This document shows, in pieces, positions 56,991 to 64,000 of a DNA stretch of 64,000 nucleotides. Position numbers and translations under genes: made by a program. The stretch is from assembly GCA_951406725.2 (NCBI GenBank), contig OX597831.1, positions 19,220,001 to 19,284,000 on the forward strand, read 5' to 3'. The DNA comes from Octopus vulgaris. Taxonomy: Eukaryota. The notes beneath the pieces are model-generated. The model was not told the DNA's origin. It searched no databases and saw only the letters and a program-made list of their open reading frames with translations. Within the stretch, counting starts at the first letter, position 1; every line of letters starts with the position of its first letter.

Positions 56991-57216
56991 TGCCGCACAC
57001 GTGCATTTTTGTTCCGCTGTCTTTTCTATGAAGCTAAGTTGTGGAGATAAATATTCCTTTTCTTTTTTCAAACTGGCGCATTTTTTTTCACACATATTCA
57101 CCATGAGTTACGATAAAACTTGAGATATTTCTACTACTGACACAGGTGCAGTTAACAAGGATATTCACTAAACAATAGTAGTAACAACTGAGCCCACAGT
57201 AGTAAGAATATCTTAC

Positions 57217-57301
57217 CTCACAGGTTTCGAAATAGCTGAGTTTATAGTATTTATAACAGTAGTCTATGTGTTGAAGACAGCGAGCAAACTGTTTGAAATG
57301 C
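57217..57301 (-). CDS. Gene C exon 3, 85 nt (HFKQFARCLQHIDYCYKYYKLSYFETCE)
   Basis: Acceptor ttgtttctcag, donor gtaag. Exons 1-2 were not found and probably lie beyond the window end. Confidence 0.78.
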
Positions 57302-57751
57302 CTGAGAAACAAATCACAAAATATTGGACAAAATGAAAATTTTCAATAACTCTCAGGTTTTATATACGTATTTTGTTCTGAAATGTAAGCAATTCTGAGT
57401 CAAATTTACACCTATTATTCCTGTCGTATGAAAACTAAAAGTAATAACCAAGGCAAGAATATTTAAGTGATTGCTGTGTAAATTATAGCGAACGGCTGTT
57501 CATCTTCCTCAGCGGAATATATATATCCTTCTGAACCATAGATATCATTAAAATGGTAACATGCCCCGGATTCTTGCAACAGAGTAGAACTGAGTGTAGC
57601 AAGCAGTGGTGTTAAACAGAGTGGTAGGTAAAATCAGTCATAAAATAGACCCCGGTGTGATTCGAAATATTAATACCGCAAATAATTCGGTTCGACGCTC
57701 ACACAGATGCGTCAATGCGCCCATGAATATATACAATACATACAATACATG

Positions 57752-57838
<87 letters not shown>

Positions 57839-57851
57839 ATTTATATATATA

Positions 57852-57908
<57 letters not shown>

Positions 57909-57954
57909 CCACACGGACAAGGCAAATAAAAAAAATAACAAAAATACAGATTAT

Positions 57955-58032
57955 CTTGGAACAATTGTTTCGCTATTAATGAATTAAATGTAATATTACT
58001 TACAGTAATCCATTTGTAGCTCTTCAGCCAAG
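57955..58032 (-). ncRNA. Type I hammerhead in (TA)n-flanked fragment 57905-58155
   Basis: cttgg CTGAAGA gcta...tagc GAAA caattg TT ccaag. Confidence 0.8.
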
Positions 58033-58152
58033 GCTATCTTGATGAAATCCACTCAATCACACGCCAGATATATTACCATAACGATACCACGCGTAGCGGT
58101 TCAATTGATTACATCGGACGTTATAATTCAAATGCCCCAACCAACAGCTGCG

Positions 58153-58620
<468 letters not shown>

Positions 58621-58875
58621 TCATCATCATCACCGTTTAGCGTCCGCTTCTGCATGCTAGCGTGGGTTGGATGGTTCAACTGGGGTCTGGGAAGCCAGAA
58701 GCTGCTGCACCAGGCCCAGTCTGATCTGGCAATGTTTCTACGGCTGGATGCCCTTCCTAACGCCAACCACTCCATGAGTGTAGTGGGTGCTTTTTACGTG
58801 CCACCGGCACAGGTGCCAGGACGCAGGCTGGCAAAATCACGGTCGGATGGTGCTTTTTACGTGCCACCGGCACAC
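58621..58875 (-). mobile_element. SINE/LINE-tail family 3 fragment with (GAT)n tail
   Basis: catcatcaccgtttagcgtccgc...ggctggatgcccttcctaacgccaacc; related copy at 60700-61120. Confidence 0.7.
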
Positions 58876-59021
58876 ATTTATGTATGTATGTATGTAAGTG
58901 TGTAGATATGTGTCTGTGTGTGTGTGTGTGTACATGTGTATGTACTTGTGAACATATGTCTATGTACTGATATGTGTCTGTTCAAGACTGTTACTTTGTT
59001 GAAGGTTGTATACACACACAC

Positions 59022-59096
<75 letters not shown>

Positions 59097-59498
59097 GAGA
59101 GAGATTGATAGATAGATAGATAGATATAAGTATACACATACATATATTTATATATGCATATACATGTACACACACACACATGCACATATATATCTGTTTC
59201 TATATATTCAAATATATGTGCATGTGTGTATATATATGTGTGTGTGTGTGTGTATGAGTCTGTGTATACACATGCACACACACACATATATATATATATA
59301 TGGTGAGAAAATACATATATATGTTTATATACATGTATGATTATAATTCTGTGTTTTATGTATATATGTGTGTGTGTGTGTGTGCATAAGTACACACACA
59401 CACACACATATAAATTAATATGAATACATACACCCTTACATACACTTTCTCACTCTAAAGATTGCGTTTTTTGTCACTCACATAGCTGTGTGTGAGTA

Positions 59499-59616
<118 letters not shown>

Positions 59617-59627
59617 TATATATATTC

Positions 59628-59701
<74 letters not shown>

Positions 59702-60076
59702 GTATATATATATCATATATACATATGTATATATATATCATACATACAGCCACCTCTTCTAGAATTAGGCCTGTTATAATATAGACTTTATAACCATTTG
59801 GCATAACAGCAAATCCTCAGCTGTTAATACACGATAACTATTATAATTCTTGTGAACTTTTACCAACATCTCAGATGTCACAGTTCATCTTTATAGTTTT
59901 CTTTCTGTATTTATATATATTCCTTTTTATATTACAATGTATTTCTTTTTTTTTTTTTTTTTGCTCAATTCCCTCGAAATTCTGTCATGTGTGAACAAAA
60001 GTATATGATTTTATATATATAAAGATTTATTTGTTTTTAAATAATTTATTTTTTTTTTTTTTTCGTTTTTTCTGTT

Positions 60077-60110
<34 letters not shown>

Positions 60111-61116
60111 TACATGTGTTTTCTGGTTTAGTTTCTATGTAGGTCTCTCCACCCTGCTGACTTTTATTTTTGTGTTTAAAATATATATTTCATTCACTTG
60201 ACAAATGAGGATCATTCAGTTCTACTCTATAGAGTTCACTGAATCACACAGTTTTATAGGAACACATCACCATCATCATCACCATCATCATCATATGTTT
60301 ATAAATTTTGTTATACTTATACATACACACACACACACACACAAAGATATTTATGGATATAAATATATTTTTCATCTTGCGGGAAAAGTATTAAATATTT
60401 TAAAAACGAAGACGATTTTTAGTACCATTTATTAACAATGGGACAAAAATATCTTCTTTCTCTTTTACTCTTCTTCTTCATTATATTTTAACTCACCCTC
60501 CTTTATATATATGTGGGGCACCGCCCTTGTTGCTACCCTCATCATCATTATCATCATCATCATCTAAGAGAGAGTTTGTAGCTGCTGCCCTTAGGTTACC
60601 TTCATCAGTGGGTTCATCATCAGCTTCGTCTAGATGTTTTTGAAAATGTCATCATCCGCATCATCATCATCAGTTTTCTTGGCAGTTTTTGAACATGAGG
60701 GCCCCTGAACCCCGCTTTCCATGCTCCTAGCATGGGTTGGATGATTTGCACCACACAGAGGACGGGGATTGGAACAGCTCTCTGCAAAATTTGGCTGCTA
60801 GGCTGCACCAGGCTTCAATCTTGATCTGGCAGAATTTCTACAGCTGGATGCCCTTCCTAATGTCAACCACTCTGAGTTCCCTAAGTCTCCCAATAGTGGG
60901 GTGCTTTTACGTGCCATGGTGGAAATCCTCTTGAGGGCCAGTCAGGTGGTACTGGCAACGACTCTCGCTCGAATGTTTTTTCACGTGCCACCCGCACAAG
61001 TGCTAGTAGGCGGCAGGCACGCAGGTAACGATCACGCTCAACATGGTCTCGCAGTTTTTAACATGCCATCAGGCACAGCCAGTGCCAGTCGTATGTATAC
61101 TGGCCACGATCTCACT

Positions 61117-61151
<35 letters not shown>

Positions 61152-61228
61152 TCATACATACATACGTACATATATACATACATACATATATATACATACA
61201 TACATACGTATACAATCACACACACACA

Positions 61229-61269
<41 letters not shown>

Positions 61270-61286
61270 TATTATATTGTGAAGTT

Positions 61287-61367
61287 CCATTCTGATGAGG
61301 AAAGTGTTTGGATAAAGTATAAATTCTACATTCTTTATACCGAACTAATTCTGAAACGCGTACATGG
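61287..61367 (+). ncRNA. Type I hammerhead in (TA)n-flanked fragment 61270-61545
   Basis: ccat(t) CTGATGA ggaa..gtttgg-ataaag...ctttat-a-ccgaac..ttct GAAA cgcg TA (c)atgg. Confidence 0.78.
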
Positions 61368-63074
61368 GTAATCAAATACCGATTGATTTTCGTTATTCTT
61401 CATCTCTGCCTCTGTGGATTGTTTTCGAGTACTTTGTTTTTGTCCGAGAATCTCTTTTTAAAGTAGAGGAAATAGGTAAGGTTCTCTGGCTGCTATTTCG
61501 AAACTTCGGTATGTGGTAAAGCAAATCTTTGCTGAGCGCTAATTATAATATATATATATATATTCATATATTCATATTCATAATGTTTAGCATTCTTTAA
61601 GAAGAATAGTATTTGGACAGGGATTTCGAAGTCTCAGCCCGCTAAGCCATAATATATATGTACAAAGAAATATACTAGCACAATTTTGAAGATACGTCTG
61701 ATAACACAGTCGATGCAATATGGACCGATTTATATATTGTAAGATTGAATTACTTCATTAAAAGACACTAGCATAAAATAAACGTTTGTTGCCAATTTGT
61801 AAGGTGCAATCCTGAATTAAAGCTCTTTATTCTAGTTAATGTTTTTTTTAAATATATTCCGGAATTTTTTGAAAATTTCTCTAAGCGAAATTCTGTTTTA
61901 ATAATCGGACACATTTCGAACAGTCCATTGACATCGATGCATTTTCTTGAGCTTGCAGTATTTGCAGATCATATCCTCGTTGTTCTTATATTTGCCATTC
62001 ATTTTACGTTTTTCTCCATTTATAGATCTACCATCACATCCACAAAACTTAGTCATTTTAAAATTTGATGTGGATGTAATTAACGTCCTTGTTTTATTTT
62101 ATTTATTTATTTATTGTTCATTTGTTACTTAAATTTAATAATTAAGCTTCTTCAAACCGGGACGAAACTACAGAAATGTTTTGGAAGTCGGACGAGATAT
62201 GAAGGTAGCCAGCAACGAAATACTATTATTTGCATAATGTCTTCACTGGTGTCAAAATAATGCATTCGTAACAGCTGTTTCAGGTTCCACTGATTCCAGT
62301 GTGGCGCTGAACTCTGCCTATTTAACGATAATGCCTCTAAAGAAGATACCCCATCTTGTCATGCGAGAATTTACTTTTGTCAGTTCCACTGTCTTTTTCT
62401 ATTCTTGTCTCATTATGCTAATGTCGTTCATGTCGTAGCTTTCATACGAACTCATACAGACAAGAGGAAATAATCAAATAACAATGATTGTTGTAAGGAA
62501 AACCAACACGAATCGGTTTGTAGACTCGATATTACACTTGTATTCTAAGAGCACTGGGATTTAACCAAGCAAAGTGAAGTTGTGTATATTTAGCATGATT
62601 CTCTAAATATAGTTATTATTTTGTCATACATGTTTGACTGAGAGCGAATGTGTGTGTATGTAATTTTGATAGTACTTGAGATTCTAAATTTACAATTAAA
62701 TGAATGAAACAAAGATATCATTGCATTACACACGGTAATTAGTGACATGAGGAAAATATTGTGACATACATATATAACATTTCATCAGGGATAGTTGGAT
62801 TAGGAATATATGCAAATTTATATATGTTGTTAAATAAATTTATATATTGATATAGATAAACATCTAGACTATTGTGACATTGATAAAATTACATACGGAT
62901 GGATTTCAACTTGAAAAGAGATCACGTTATGAGTATATATGTATGTGTAGATATATAGGCTGACAAGCATATATGCGTGTGTGTATGTGTGTGTTTGTGA
63001 GTGTGCATGAGCACGTGTGCGTGTGTGTGAGTATACGTGTTTGTTTGTAGACAGAAAGCTAGGTAGCTATAAGG

Positions 63075-63275
63075 CTAAATGCTTAGCGGTATTTCGTCTG
63101 TCTTTATGTTCTGAGTTCAAATTCCGCTGAAGTCGACTTTGCCTTTCATCCTTTCGAGGTCGATAAATTAAGTACCAGTTACGCACTGGGTTCGATGTAA
63201 TCGACTTAATCCCTTTGTCAGTCCTTGTTTGTCCCCTCTATGTTTACCCCCCTTTGGGTAATAAAGAAATAAGAA
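63075..63275 (+). mobile_element. SINE family 2
   Basis: aaatgcttagcggtatttcgtctgtc...ctgagttcaaattccgc...taataaagaaataag. Confidence 0.8.
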
Positions 63276-63304
63276 AGCTAGGTAGTCATTTCTCTAGACA
63301 GAGA

Positions 63305-63314
63305 TAGATCGATC

Positions 63315-63351
<37 letters not shown>

Positions 63352-63354
63352 GTC

Positions 63355-63436
<82 letters not shown>

Positions 63437-63440
63437 CAGA
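63305..63440. repeat. (GATA)n microsatellite
   Basis: Seen directly. Confidence 0.95.
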
Positions 63441-64000
63441 CAGAGGGGCGGACAGACGGAGGAGTGGATGGATCCAAGACAGAAAGTGCCATTCTATGGA
63501 TATTAATAAAAGTTAAGAATATTTAAAATAAAAGTAGTTTACCAAAAGTGAGAAGAAAAACACATATATAACCTTTCATCGTGGATATCACTCTGAAGCA
63601 CATTTTCTTTCGAGGCTATAAGCAACTGATGTCGGTTGTTTTACTTAATGCAACCTGATTTGTATGGTTTGGTATAGTAATAAAATTTGACATATTTATG
63701 ATGAGAATTAATAAAAATGACATTTTCATAATTTACCACAAGGAATAATATATTAGATGACTATATACATTTATATTTTTATTTGTAAGAGGTATAAAAT
63801 GATTTATTGTTTATTAGGTAAGCCGTGTTCGAGACGTAATTTATACGATTCTTTATTTTCGTTGATGAATCGGTAGGGGCTGCGAGCTTTTATTAAGAAT
63901 GTGGAAGGAATGTTGCTTGTTTCTCGTTTTATGTTATGTTGACAGTTCTCATAGGAGTTAATATATTAAAATCAATGTCAACGAGAAAATTGCTTATTAT

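Noticed and set aside
62220-62460. Possible Mutator-like transposase remnant (ESVEPETAV)
   Set aside because: Too short and degenerate to support.

Overview
AT-rich, microsatellite- and SINE-dense animal genomic DNA. The repeat families resemble those of octopus (inference from recall, no database search). Most short ORFs in the track are microsatellite artefacts. (1) A tandem cluster of minus-strand five-exon genes, invisible as intact ORFs in the track, encodes ~106-109 aa proteins with a signal peptide, a six-cysteine C-x7-C-x16-C-x8-C-x6-C-x11-C core and a GPI-signal-like hydrophobic tail. Gene A (12989-23418) and gene B (28954-43179) are complete; gene C is partial (54374-57301). Coding changes between paralogs are strongly non-synonymous. 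(2) Two large head-to-head (fold-back) Penelope-like retroelements of different clades (30.1-34.8 kb Neptune-like; 45.2-53.9 kb Naiad-like) each lie just downstream of exon 4 of a cluster gene. (3) At least nine type-I hammerhead ribozyme motifs occur in Penelope pLTRs and in short (TA)n-flanked non-coding fragments, including U3:A8 core variants and long-stem-II forms. Also present: a CR1-like LINE, a near-complete IR/DR Tc1 element, two decayed mariners, non-autonomous Helitrons, many SINEs and several small fold-back palindromes.
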